A stretch of DNA of 64,000 nt, taken from contig JAZSKI010000008.1 of the NCBI GenBank assembly GCA_045534775.1, forward strand, positions 4,820-68,819. Direction: 5' to 3'. Below, one piece after another: positions 20,233 through 29,722 of the stretch. A program made the position numbers and the translations under genes. The notes beneath the pieces are model-generated. The model was given only the letters and a program-made list of their open reading frames with translations, had not been told where the DNA came from and did not search any database. Source of the stretch: Clostridia bacterium (GTDB lineage Bacteria; Bacillota; Clostridia; RUG12999). The first letter of the stretch is position 1; each line of letters opens with the position of its first letter.

Positions 20233-22228
20233 AATAAAGGCTGAGTCCGCTCAGGGCTGTGCCTAAGGTGATTTGTTTGCCATTTTCAAAGGTAAACATA
20301 TCGAGAGCTTTGTTGTTATCGGGGTTGAGTTTGAGTGCCAGAAGGTCTCCGTTTGAGGTTGTCGTAAACTCGGCTACGGCTTCGTCAATTACTGTGGTGC
20401 CCCCGTCCTCGTATTTATTTAAACGCATAGAGTAGGTTTCCTGGTTGTAATTATCTGCGTAATATAAAATATCACCGTTTTTACCGCCGAAATACTGCAT
20501 ACCTATAGAATTTTCAATGGTAAAGATAATTTGATTTTTCTTTACATCATAGAGATGAGTTGTGTACATTGCACCTTCGGTTTCCGAAGAAACAACATAA
20601 GCTACCAGATTGCCGTTACGGTTAATCTGAACATGATCGGCTTTTTCAGCAATCTTCACAGGTGCCGACCAGCCGTTTTTGCCGTAAGTGCTGTATTTTA
20701 ATGTTTTGTCATTTTCGTCTGTATAGGCAACGGCATTAACATCATACCCAAAGGAATGCTGACTGCCTGAATAGTTAAATCCGGCAGGTACGGTGCCATA
20801 GCTACCGTTTTTGGAAAGCAAGATGGCGCCATCGGTTTTCTGATATAACATATCGGCGCTGTTTTTCCAAAGAGCACCGTTATTAAAATAGAAATTATCG
20901 TAGTAATTCGTATCACCGCCGGCATATTGATAGGCATTAACAGCTGTATCAATAGAAAGGGCATCCTTGCCAAAGGGTCTGTAATAAAGAGTTCCCGAAG
21001 GCAAACCGTTATCAGATACTACAATATCGCCTAAGTGGATAAATCCCTTTGAAGGTTTATTTACAAATACAGGGCAATGCGCATCGTTATAATCGGACGA
21101 AAGCATAACAGCTTCACCGTTTTTAGCTGTCATCATCAGCTGTGCCTTATCATCTTTAACGGAAAGGTAAACGGCATTTTTACCGTCAGCAGAGCAATAA
21201 AAGGCTCTTGAAACCTCAGTTGCTATGCTTTTTGGTGCGGAAGAACCTTTTTCCAGGAACAGCTCACCGTTTTCAGCAGAGGTATCTGCTTTTTTAATAT
21301 ACCAGGCATTTTTTGTGCCGTCCGCAAAGCCGTAAAGGGGATAAGAGGTATCAACCTTAATAAGCGGCAGAGTTTCGATAGCTTCAACTTTTCCGCCTAA
21401 GGTGTATTTACATAAAACATTATTATCCGATTCGTCCTTTTTAACAAAAAGAACGGTTTTCCCGTCTGCCGCTATCACTAAAGTTCCGGGAAGGGCAGAT
21501 GAATCAACCTGTACAGGCACATCGGTTTTCGGCGTAAAATAGGTTAAGGTGCTGTTCATAATATAAAAAACATTATCGCCGCCTGTGACAAAATCGGTAT
21601 TAACCTGAAAACCTGACTGATTTTCGGCTAAAGCCGTAACAAATCTTTCGCCCTGACCGTTGTTATAATAAACATTTTTTACACCGTCCTCGGTTTTGGT
21701 GAAAATAGTCGGAGCAGAATCGGATTTTGAATCTAAACCCAGCAGGCTCAAAACAGGATTGGGAGAAGAAGGCATTGCTATTTCATAAAAGCCTGCAACA
21801 GCCGCCGCCCCAATCACTATAACGGCAATAACCGCTAAAATTATTTTGCCGAAAGGATTGCTTTTGGGAGCTTCGGGAATATACGTCGATTCGGGAAATT
21901 CGGTTCCGCCTTCCACGCAGTCGCATTCCGCGTAGTCGCACTCCTCACAGTTGCCTTCCACGCAGTCGCAGGTACATCCTTCACATTCCTCTTTAGCCGA
22001 ATCATTTTCATCGGCAGGTACTTCATATACCTCAACCTCAATATCGTCATCTGCTTCTGCAGTAATATCCTCTTCACCGACAGGCTCGGCTTCAACCTCT
22101 TCCGCGATAATTGTCTCAGCTCCTTCAGCTGCCTTGTCGCTCTCAGAATCGGAATTTAAATCCAGACCGCAGGCGGGACAAACTTTTTCATCTTCGGCTA
22201 ATTCGTAACCGCATTTTGGACAATACAT
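20231..22228 (-). CDS. hypothetical membrane protein: N-terminal double-CxxC zinc ribbon, poly-acidic segment, Cys-rich CxC cluster, one TM helix, large extracytoplasmic repeat (beta-propeller-like) domain
   Basis: MYCPKCGYELAEDEKVCPACG; EEVEAEPVGEEDITAEADDDIEVEVYEV; CEGCTCDCVEGNCEECDYAECDCVEGG; TM IILAVIAVIVIGAAAVAGF. Followed by about 480 aa with recurring Y/G/K/D-rich strands. RBS AAAGGAGA. Confidence 0.5.
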   Translation of the reverse strand: MYCPKCGYELAEDEKVCPACGLDLNSDSESDKAAEGAETIIAEEVEAEPVGEEDITAEADDDIEVEVYEVPADENDSAKEECEGCTCDCVEGNCEECDYAECDCVEGGTEFPESTYIPEAPKSNPFGKIILAVIAVIVIGAAAVAGFYEIAMPSSPNPVLSLLGLDSKSDSAPTIFTKTEDGVKNVYYNNGQGERFVTALAENQSGFQVNTDFVTGGDNVFYIMNSTLTYFTPKTDVPVQVDSSALPGTLVIAADGKTVLFVKKDESDNNVLCKYTLGGKVEAIETLPLIKVDTSYPLYGFADGTKNAWYIKKADTSAENGELFLEKGSSAPKSIATEVSRAFYCSADGKNAVYLSVKDDKAQLMMTAKNGEAVMLSSDYNDAHCPVFVNKPSKGFIHLGDIVVSDNGLPSGTLYYRPFGKDALSIDTAVNAYQYAGGDTNYYDNFYFNNGALWKNSADMLYQKTDGAILLSKNGSYGTVPAGFNYSGSQHSFGYDVNAVAYTDENDKTLKYSTYGKNGWSAPVKIAEKADHVQINRNGNLVAYVVSSETEGAMYTTHLYDVKKNQIIFTIENSIGMQYFGGKNGDILYYADNYNQETYSMRLNKYEDGGTTVIDEAVAEFTTTSNGDLLALKLNPDNNKALDMFTFENGKQITLGTALSGLSLY

Positions 22229-22401
22229 ATTTTTCAGTCTCCTTTAATCGAATTTATATTAATAATATCATTATATAACTATTTTGTACTAATGTCAACA
22301 TTTTTAATAAAATTTACAATTTATTAAGAAATTATTGACATTTTATTTTAAAAGTAGTAAAATGTTTAAGTGAAGATGAAAATTGACGAGGAGTAATTAC
22401 C

Positions 22402-23637
22402 GTGAAGAAAATTTTATTGATTGTTTTAATTTTTATTATGATACTGCCGTCGGTATATGCAAGAGAAGGGGAAAGCCTTACCATAGCTACAGGCTTTAAA
22501 ACAACGGTATTAGAGGATGGCTTGTATAATATTGACGGAAACATCTACGTTCCCTTCGTTGAGCTTTGCGAGGCGATGGGGTCGATAATATACAGATATC
22601 CTGAATATAATAACTATTATGTAATTTCAAGAGAAGGGGACATTTGCAGTCATTCTCTTTATTACGATTCCTTTGAATTTAACGGAGAAAATATCACGGT
22701 CGGAATACCGTCAACCCATGATGATAAATATGAAATTTTAGTTCCCTTTGATTTGGCAGACAAAATGTATGACCTGGAAATAGAATATACAGACGGCGAG
22801 GCGCGTATCAAAAAAGAAATGTATACGGGATATTATAATAATCTGGTAAGCAGATTGCTTCAATATTCGATTTATGATGATTTCTATCCCGAAAAGTTTA
22901 AGAGATATTATAATTTCTACGGCAACAACCCCGATATGGATGCGGGGACTGTAATTAACAGCGTTAACCTGAATATGGACAAGGCGTGGTGTACAGATGA
23001 AAGTATAGTAACAAACCCGCAGGATTATCTGACGCTTGTTAACAAATACAACAGATTGCCGTATGATTATAATGCCGCAAATCTTGAACGGGTAGGGAAT
23101 CTGTATAAAAAATTTTCTTACAGCGACTACTGCTTAGACCGCGAAGTTTATTACAAATATGTGGATATGTATGATGCGGCGGCAAGCGACGGACTGTCGA
23201 TTAAGATAGTTTCTGCATATCGGACAGAGGATTATCAGAGAAATCTCTATAGCAGATACAAAAGCTCTTACGGCAAGGAATACGCAGACCGTTATTCGGC
23301 AAAACCGGGTTATTCGGAGCATCAGACAGGCTTTGCGGTGGATATAAATTCCTTATATACTTCCTTTGAAAATTCGGCGGAATACGCGTGGCTCAGCGAA
23401 AATGCCCACAGGTTCGGGTTTATCGAAAGATATAAAAAGGGTGCGGAATACATAACAGGCTATGCCTATGAACCATGGCATTACAGATATGTAGGCGTTG
23501 ATGCCGCAACGGAAATTCACGAGAAAAATATTACCCTTGAGGAATATTATGCTACATATATCTATAAATCCAACTATAAGCTTGACAAGGACAGAACGTG
23601 GATGGAGGTTATAAGATATTACCATCTGGAGGCATAA
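22402..23637 (+). CDS. D-alanyl-D-alanine carboxypeptidase, VanY/M15B family, with N-terminal signal peptide and accessory domain
   Basis: Signal peptide MKKILLIVLIFIMILPSVYA. M15 motifs SAYRTEDYQRNLYSRY, SAKPGYSEHQTGFAVDI, EPWHYRYVG (zinc ligands H..D..H). Confidence 0.7.
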   Translation: MKKILLIVLIFIMILPSVYAREGESLTIATGFKTTVLEDGLYNIDGNIYVPFVELCEAMGSIIYRYPEYNNYYVISREGDICSHSLYYDSFEFNGENITVGIPSTHDDKYEILVPFDLADKMYDLEIEYTDGEARIKKEMYTGYYNNLVSRLLQYSIYDDFYPEKFKRYYNFYGNNPDMDAGTVINSVNLNMDKAWCTDESIVTNPQDYLTLVNKYNRLPYDYNAANLERVGNLYKKFSYSDYCLDREVYYKYVDMYDAAASDGLSIKIVSAYRTEDYQRNLYSRYKSSYGKEYADRYSAKPGYSEHQTGFAVDINSLYTSFENSAEYAWLSENAHRFGFIERYKKGAEYITGYAYEPWHYRYVGVDAATEIHEKNITLEEYYATYIYKSNYKLDKDRTWMEVIRYYHLEA

Positions 23638-23641
23638 CAAA

Positions 23642-23675
23642 ACGGAGACAGCAGGAAATGCCGTCTCCGTTTTTT
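23642..23675. terminator. bidirectional terminator between convergent genes
   Basis: ACGGAGAC (13-nt loop) GTCTCCGT followed by TTTTT. Confidence 0.5.
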
Positions 23676-23676
23676 A

Positions 23677-24660
23677 TCAGTTAAAAAGGCTGCTGCCTCC
23701 TATAAATTCTTTTATAATAGATGAAGGCGGGATGGCTTCGGTATTAATCGGGCCAAAGGATTCGGAAAGTGACAGCAGATTGCAAACGGTATCATAATTT
23801 TCAAAATCCGTCGGCACATCCTTGAAAATAACCTTAAGATGGGGATAATAAACAGCCGCTTCGTAAACCAAAGACGAATTGAAAATCACATCGGCACGCT
23901 CCGCAAAAGGGAAAATGTTTTTTTTTGCACCCTCTTCGGCATAAGGCCACAGCTCAAAGGACAATTTATAATCTGCGTTACGGAAATAAAAATCGCGTAC
24001 CAACCGCCGCATAAATCGGATTTTACGGGATTTTATCAGCTGACCGTCCGCATCGGTCAGAGCCGAAAGAGGCGAACAGTAGATTTTATATTTGTTTTGA
24101 GAAGGGATATTATAAGCCAACCCATCGTTTAAGCCGTGAATTCCCTCTACGATTATAACCTCTTTTTTTCCTAATGAGATATTCTGTTTACTCACGCTGC
24201 CGCTTAAAAAATCAAAGATGGGAACGGTAGCACAGCCTTCTTTAAGCAACATAGCTATATCTTCGTTAAACCGTTGATGGTCGATAGAATCAAAGGCTTC
24301 AAAATCAGGCTTGCCGTCACGGTTTTTAGGCATCAGCTCCGGTTTTTTATAGTAGTTATCCAAGGAAATGGAAACAGAAGTAACGCCCAGAACCCGCAAA
24401 TGAAGCATAAGTCTTTGAGCAAACGAGGTTTTCCCCGACGAGGAAGGACCGCTGATAAATATCAGCTGTATATTTTCGGAAACGGTTGCGATAATTTTGG
24501 CAATATCGGAAATTTTTTGTTCGTGGCGTGTTTCGCTGAGATTAATAAGGGAAGCACAGCTACCACCGTTTAAAAGTCTGTTTATCTGCGAAACTCCGCT
24601 TAGCCCCAAATTTTCGCACCATTCCTTATATTCCCTACGGCATAAATCTATTTTATCCAT
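23677..24660 (-). CDS. uridine kinase / phosphoribulokinase-family P-loop nucleoside kinase with N-terminal extension
   Basis: Walker A ISGPSSSGKTSFAQRL. 327 aa. Nucleoside-kinase-like collinearity. Confidence 0.55.
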   Translation of the reverse strand: MDKIDLCRREYKEWCENLGLSGVSQINRLLNGGSCASLINLSETRHEQKISDIAKIIATVSENIQLIFISGPSSSGKTSFAQRLMLHLRVLGVTSVSISLDNYYKKPELMPKNRDGKPDFEAFDSIDHQRFNEDIAMLLKEGCATVPIFDFLSGSVSKQNISLGKKEVIIVEGIHGLNDGLAYNIPSQNKYKIYCSPLSALTDADGQLIKSRKIRFMRRLVRDFYFRNADYKLSFELWPYAEEGAKKNIFPFAERADVIFNSSLVYEAAVYYPHLKVIFKDVPTDFENYDTVCNLLSLSESFGPINTEAIPPSSIIKEFIGGSSLFN

Positions 24661-24829
24661 ATAAAATACTCCTTTCGGTATCTTTGTTATTACTTATATT
24701 AATTTTATATTATATGTCTTTTGCCCGGCAAAGTTTCCGAATACGATAATCTCGTTGCCGTAAGACAACATATCAAGTGCAGCTGCTTAAGGAAAAGACT
24801 TTATTTAGCTCGCGGAATACGAATTCAGC

Positions 24830-25663
24830 TGTGATATAATTGCTTCTTTAAACCAATTATATCACAAATCCGTTTCTGCTGCAACTGTTTTTTGGAAACA
24901 AAACAAAAAAGCAGAAAATGTATACAATTTGGTGATTTTAACCATGTGAAAACGAGAGAAATCAAAAGATTTAGTGAAAAACGACAAATAAAATAAATAT
25001 ACTTTTTATTAAACGGTTAAAACAGCCGATTTTAGAGCTTGATATTTTGGTGATTTTGGTGTAAACTGTAGGTGAAGAGAGAAAGGAAGAAACACAGACA
25101 TCGCTGAGGCGGTGAATATATTAAAGGGAGGCGTTACCGTTGAGAAAGTAGTTTTGAAATCAGAGATTAGAAAAATGAGGAGATTCCATTGAAAAATAAA
25201 TAGTTGAAAATTTATGATAAATTGATATAAATGGGGCGATTGTAATGTATAGAATGATAGGTCGCAGAAAAATCTAAAAGCGAAAGGGTGAGACCACCAG
25301 AAACTTTAGCTTAACCCGGTATAACCAATTTATATAGAGATAGAATAAGTCATTGGGAGGGGATAACATTGAAGAATGTACCCACCTGGATTAAAGAACA
25401 TAAATTAAAATTTAATATATGAACAATTAATGGCGACTTACAACAGTGGTCGCAAAGCATAAATAATATGAACGTCTGAAAAAAGACGCTAAATAAAATC
25501 GCAGGTGCCTTGCGAACAGAAATAAGGTGCAAATAATCAAGGAGGAGATTACCTTCAAGTAGTATTTTAGAAAAAAATATTAACCGAGGAGGATAAGGTC
25601 TTCAAATAGTGACTTAACTAAAGATATAATAAGAATCGCACAGCAAAAGCTGTGCGATTTTTT
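24830..25663 (+). ncRNA. candidate long noncoding transcript (unidentified family) ending at a strong intrinsic terminator
   Basis: About 1 kb with no ORF above 60 aa in any frame inside an otherwise gene-dense window. Possible extended -10 TGaTATAAT at about 24830-24838. Purine-rich body with several SD-like motifs followed by 3-17 codon mini-ORFs. Hairpin plus T6 terminator at 25634-25663. Confidence 0.2.
25634..25663 (+). terminator. intrinsic terminator (plus strand)
   Basis: AATCGCACAGC-aaaa-GCTGTGCGATT (11-bp perfect stem) followed by TTTTTT. Confidence 0.55.
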
Positions 25664-25733
25664 GCATATAAACCGTATGACATAAAGAGAAAAATAAAAA
25701 CAGCCCGAACACTATGTATTCAAGCCATTCTTA

Positions 25734-25810
25734 TGGTCTGAGTGGGGAGACTTGAACTCCCGGCCTCTTGAACCCCATTCAAGCACGCTACCAAACTGCG
25801 CCACACCCAG
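25734..25810 (-). tRNA. tRNA-Pro (anticodon GGG), 77 nt with encoded CCA
   Basis: Reverse complement folds as a cloverleaf: acceptor CTGGGTG/CACTCAG, D-arm GCGC-AGTTTGGTA-GCGT, anticodon arm CTTGA-ATGGGGT-TCAAG (anticodon GGG), variable AGGCC, T-arm GGGAG-TTCAAGT-CTCCC, then ACCA. Confidence 0.75.
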
Positions 25811-25831
25811 ATATATTTAAGTTACTAATAT

Positions 25832-25860
25832 ATTATACCACAGTTTTTTTGAAAAATCAA
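25832..25860 (-). promoter_or_regulatory. sigma-A promoter for tRNA-Pro (minus strand: TTGATT - 17 nt - TGgTATAAT)
   Basis: Plus-strand AATCAA at 25855-25860 and ATTATACCA at 25832-25840. About 20 nt of leader to the mature 5' end. Confidence 0.5.
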
Positions 25861-25930
25861 TAGGAAAATTATATTTTTATTATAATTTTCCTACTGATTT
25901 TTTTGTTGATTTTAACTAATTTTTTGTATA

Positions 25931-26836
25931 TTATTCACATAACAACGCTTTCTGAGACGCTTTTCTGTATTGGGAAGGAGACATATTCATTTGTCGGGAA
26001 AAAATATTTATAAAATGCGAGGAGTCGCAAAAACCTGTTTTTTCGGCAATATCAGATATGGACAGGGAGGTTCCTGATAATAAGTCCTTAGCAGCATCAA
26101 TCCGACATTGAAGCAATAGCTCGGAGGGGGTTGTATTAAATGTATCGGAAAATTTTTTGAAATAGGAGCTACGGGACATATTTGCTGTTGAAGCTAATCG
26201 GGCTACGGTGATTTTTTCATCATATTTCTCATATATAAGAGAGAGACTCGCGGCAAAAAAACTATCAGGACTTTTTTTATTTTTGTGTTGAAGTTCGTAA
26301 TATTTACAAAGGTCGGTTATCAGTATAAGCGCGGCACTTTCGCAAATTATAGTGGAGTATTTCGAAGGAGTTTTTAAATTGTTTAAAATAATATCAACGG
26401 ATTTTTTTATATTGCATAATTGGTTGCCGGTGACTTTAAGAAAATAATCACCGCAGCCGGAGAGTCTCATCAGAGGCTCTACCTTAAATAATGTACTAAA
26501 GTAAGGCAACGAGTAAAGTGGTGATAAATTTTTCTTAAAAAAATCATCATGAATAAGTACGTTAAGCACAGAAAAATTTCTGTTTTCTTTATATCCGTGT
26601 TTTATATTTGGCGGAATGATAAAGACATCACCCTTTTGAACCTCGAACATTTCGTTTCCTAAATAATGTGCACCTGTTCCGCCTAAAACTATATTTATTT
26701 CACAAAACGCATGACTGTGCATATCTATTGAATAGTGAGGCATAATGCCGGCGGTAATTTTACAATCAGTATTATTAAAAAAATCTGCAATTTCCCAATG
26801 ACTTTTATATAGATCAGCAAGCTTTTCAGGGTACAT
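25931..26836 (-). CDS. AraC-family transcriptional regulator (cupin plus HTH)
   Basis: 301 aa. N-terminal cupin (HSHAFCEINIVLGGTGAHY). C-terminal AraC HTH (ISDIAEKTGFCDSSHFINIFSRQMNMSPSQYR). Divergent from the glycyl-radical enzyme gene. Confidence 0.75.
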   Translation of the reverse strand: MYPEKLADLYKSHWEIADFFNNTDCKITAGIMPHYSIDMHSHAFCEINIVLGGTGAHYLGNEMFEVQKGDVFIIPPNIKHGYKENRNFSVLNVLIHDDFFKKNLSPLYSLPYFSTLFKVEPLMRLSGCGDYFLKVTGNQLCNIKKSVDIILNNLKTPSKYSTIICESAALILITDLCKYYELQHKNKKSPDSFFAASLSLIYEKYDEKITVARLASTANMSRSSYFKKFSDTFNTTPSELLLQCRIDAAKDLLSGTSLSISDIAEKTGFCDSSHFINIFSRQMNMSPSQYRKASQKALLCE

Positions 26837-26935
26837 ATGACCACTCCTTTGGACGATTATACAATTTAATTATATTTATATACGTTGATTATATCATATA
26901 ATTTTGATAAAATCAAGATATAAATTTAATGGAAG

Positions 26936-29098
26936 ATGATGAAAATGCTGTCCGAAAGAATAAAAATGATTGCAAAAAAATCAAGAGAACAGGGGCAACA
27001 CAGCCCGGAAAACAGCTTTAATTATGATAAAAACATGTATGCCCTCGGTAAATACAAGGAATTGCCTATTCGCGAGAAGGTGACACGGGCTGTAGCGGAT
27101 GCTATAGTAAATCAAAAAATTTATATTGAACCCTATGATGAAATAATTGGACGTATATTCTTTTTTAATGATAAGGAATGTAAAGAGTGTGATCCGGCGT
27201 TTGATTATGTGAGTGAGCCTGAAGAAAAAATACGGAAAGAGCTACCGGACTATGAGGAGTTTTCAAAATATCAGCTGGGAGGAACACATTACAGAGGTCA
27301 TATAGCATGGCGGTATGATAAAATATTACAGCTGGGAACAGAGGGAATGAAGCAACAATACCGCGAAGCCATAAGCCGCACGGATGATGAAAAAAGTAAG
27401 GAATTTTGCCGGGGAGTAATCATAATGTTGGAGGCACTTGAAAGATGGAACGACAAGCATATTGAGGAGCTCGAAAAAAGGAATATGAAAACACAGGCAG
27501 AGCGTTGCAGAAGCTTGGGGAGACCGGCAAGAACTTTCCGCGAAGCAGTACAAACATACTTTATGCAATATATGGTGGTGATGAAAGAATTTCCTGCGGG
27601 AGGAAATGGACCGGGCAGATTAGATTATTACCTGTGGCCGTATCTTGAAAGGGATTTGAAAAATAACAAATGCACACTTGAAGAAGCAAAAGAGATTATA
27701 CAGGAACTGTTTATAAGAATTGATGCACCCTTTACAGATTCGGACGGGTGGGTTGAGGCAATAGTGGTAGGCGGAACTTATCCTAACGGCTTATCGGCAG
27801 TTAATCCGTTATCATACATTATGGTGGAAGCGATTATGGAGCTTGATATTATACATCCTACGGTATATATAAGACTTCCGGAAAATCCACCGGAGGATTT
27901 TTTGGAGCTTAGTGCTAAATATCTTAAATACGGAAAAAATCGTGCTCAGCTGTTTTGCGACAAAAATATTATAAAGACTCTTGTAAATCACGGGGTTTCT
28001 TTCCGTGATGCCGTCGACTATTACAGCGGCGGATGTATGGAAATAGGTATTCAGGGAATGAGCTGTGACTACCTTTTTAATGGTTTACATAATATTTTAA
28101 AAATTGTGGAGCTGTCGACAACGGGCGGATTATCTTTAAATGACGGAGTGCAGGTGAACAGCTTCCGAGGCAGAGGGCTGAAGGAATTTAATAATTTTGA
28201 AGATTTCTATATGGATTTTATCGGAGAAACACGTAGAATTATAACTATGTTTTTAAAGGCACAGGATATATACAGCGAAGTGGCGGAAGAAAAATCACCG
28301 GTATATTTGCTGTCATCTATGCTGGAGGACGCATTGAAAAAATGCCGCGGTATGCATAGTGGGGGTGCAAGATACCATGATTACGGAGCTATTCCTATGG
28401 GGCTTCCATCGGCCGCGGACTACCTGTTTGCGATAAAAAAGGCGGTATTTGACGATAAAATATGCTCGGCTGAAGAATTGGTCGAAGCCTTGAAAAATAA
28501 TTTTTCAGGCTATGAAAACTTGCGACAAAAACTTAAAGGAATACCAAAATACGGGCAGGAAGATAAAGAAGCGGATGAAATGATGAGCAGACTGTGCAGC
28601 GATGTCTGAGAGATATATGATTCCTATGTTACGAGATTTGGCGGCAGAGGTAAGGCTGTTGTATTTACCTTTGAATGGGCAGCGTGTTGCGGAAGTATTA
28701 TAGGGGCGACTGCTGACGGGAATTTTGCAGGGCATCCCGTTGCACATGGTGTAACTCCGCAGAGTGGTGCTATGACGAAGGGAATTACTGCGGCAATTAA
28801 TTCATGTACTTCAATTCCTTTTGAGGATTTTTCGGCAGGGGCATCTACGATGTGGGATATGGACGAAGGCTGGGCGACTACAGACGTTATAAAAACTATT
28901 TTTACGGTATTCTTTGAAAAAGGAGGACAAATATTCCAAGGGAATATGACGGATGTAAAAAGCTTAGAGCTTGCAATGGAGAATCCGGAGGATTACCCGG
29001 ATTTAATGGTACGGGTAGGAGGATTTTCGGCTCGGTTTATACATTTGAACTCCGAGGTGCAGTTGGAGATTATTAACAGGGTACGTCACAACAAATAA
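26936..29098 (+). pseudogene. glycyl radical enzyme (PFL2/glycerol-dehydratase/HypD-type, single catalytic Cys GGCMEIG; Gly-radical motif RVGGFSARF) interrupted by one in-frame TGA at 28607-28609
   Basis: ORFs 26936..28609 and 28772..29098 are in the same frame. Translating through TGA 28607-28609 gives continuous GRE sequence (...SRLCSDV*EIYDSYVTRFGGRGKAVVFTFEWAACCGSIIGATADGNFAGHPVAHGVTPQSGAMTKG...). No activating-enzyme gene is adjacent. Confidence 0.7.
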
Positions 29099-29100
29099 AA

Positions 29101-29143
29101 AAACTATGAACCTTCGTTTTTGCGAAGGTTCATAGTTTTTATT
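29101..29143. terminator. bidirectional terminator between GRE and rdgB
   Basis: 16-bp stem AAACTATGAACCTTCG / CGAAGGTTCATAGTTT with a T-rich loop, flanked by A/T runs. Confidence 0.5.
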
Positions 29144-29714
29144 ATAAAGCTACTTTTTCACACAGATTTTTAAGTGCTGCACCGCGGTGACTTATTTGGT
29201 TTTTTTCGTCTGCGGTAAGCTCGCCGAAGGTTTTGGCAAACTGTTCAACATAGAAAACAGGGTCGTAACCAAACCCGTTTTCACCTATGGGGGAGTCGGT
29301 TATTTTGCCGTAACATTCTCCGCGGGCGGTGACGGTTTTGCCGTCCGGATACACAATGGCTACCACCGAAACAAAACGTGCGGTCCTGTCGGTCAAGCCT
29401 TCCATATTGGCAAGGAGTTTATTAACCCTGTCCGTATCGCTACCTTCACAGTACCTGGCGGAATGAATGCCCGGCTGCAAATCAAGAGCTATAACCTCAA
29501 GACCTGAATCATCAGCAATTACAGGCATATTGGACACCTCACAAAAGGCGTTTGCCTTTATTAGCACATTTTCTTCAAAGGTTAACCCATTTTCTTCGGG
29601 GTCGATAGCTATTCCTACATCTCCTGCGGAGATGACCTCAAAGCCGAGAGGTGATAAAATTTCTGAAAATTCACGTAGCTTGTGAGCGTTATTTGTCGCT
29701 GCAAGTATCTTCAT
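29142..29714 (-). CDS. rdgB: non-canonical purine NTP pyrophosphatase (RdgB/HAM1 family)
   Basis: 190 aa; MKILAATNNAHKLREFSEIL...GFGYDPVF...ADEKNQISHRGAAL are Ham1 signatures. Confidence 0.85.
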   Translation of the reverse strand: MKILAATNNAHKLREFSEILSPLGFEVISAGDVGIAIDPEENGLTFEENVLIKANAFCEVSNMPVIADDSGLEVIALDLQPGIHSARYCEGSDTDRVNKLLANMEGLTDRTARFVSVVAIVYPDGKTVTARGECYGKITDSPIGENGFGYDPVFYVEQFAKTFGELTADEKNQISHRGAALKNLCEKVAL

Positions 29715-29722
29715 TTTTACAC

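Noticed and set aside
28607-28650. Bacterial SECIS element downstream of the GRE UGA
   Set aside because: Reading the 40 nt after the UGA (GAGATATATGATTCCTATGTTACGAGATTTGGCGGCAGAGG) I could not find the expected stable hairpin with an apical GGU-type loop at the right spacing. Sec decoding is considered unlikely but not excluded.
28772-29098. 108-aa ORF as an independent small glycyl-radical protein gene
   Set aside because: It is in frame with, and continuous in sequence with, the upstream GRE ORF through a single TGA. The RBS before ATG 28772 is poor. Treated as the C-terminus of one interrupted gene, with the alternative listed in findings.
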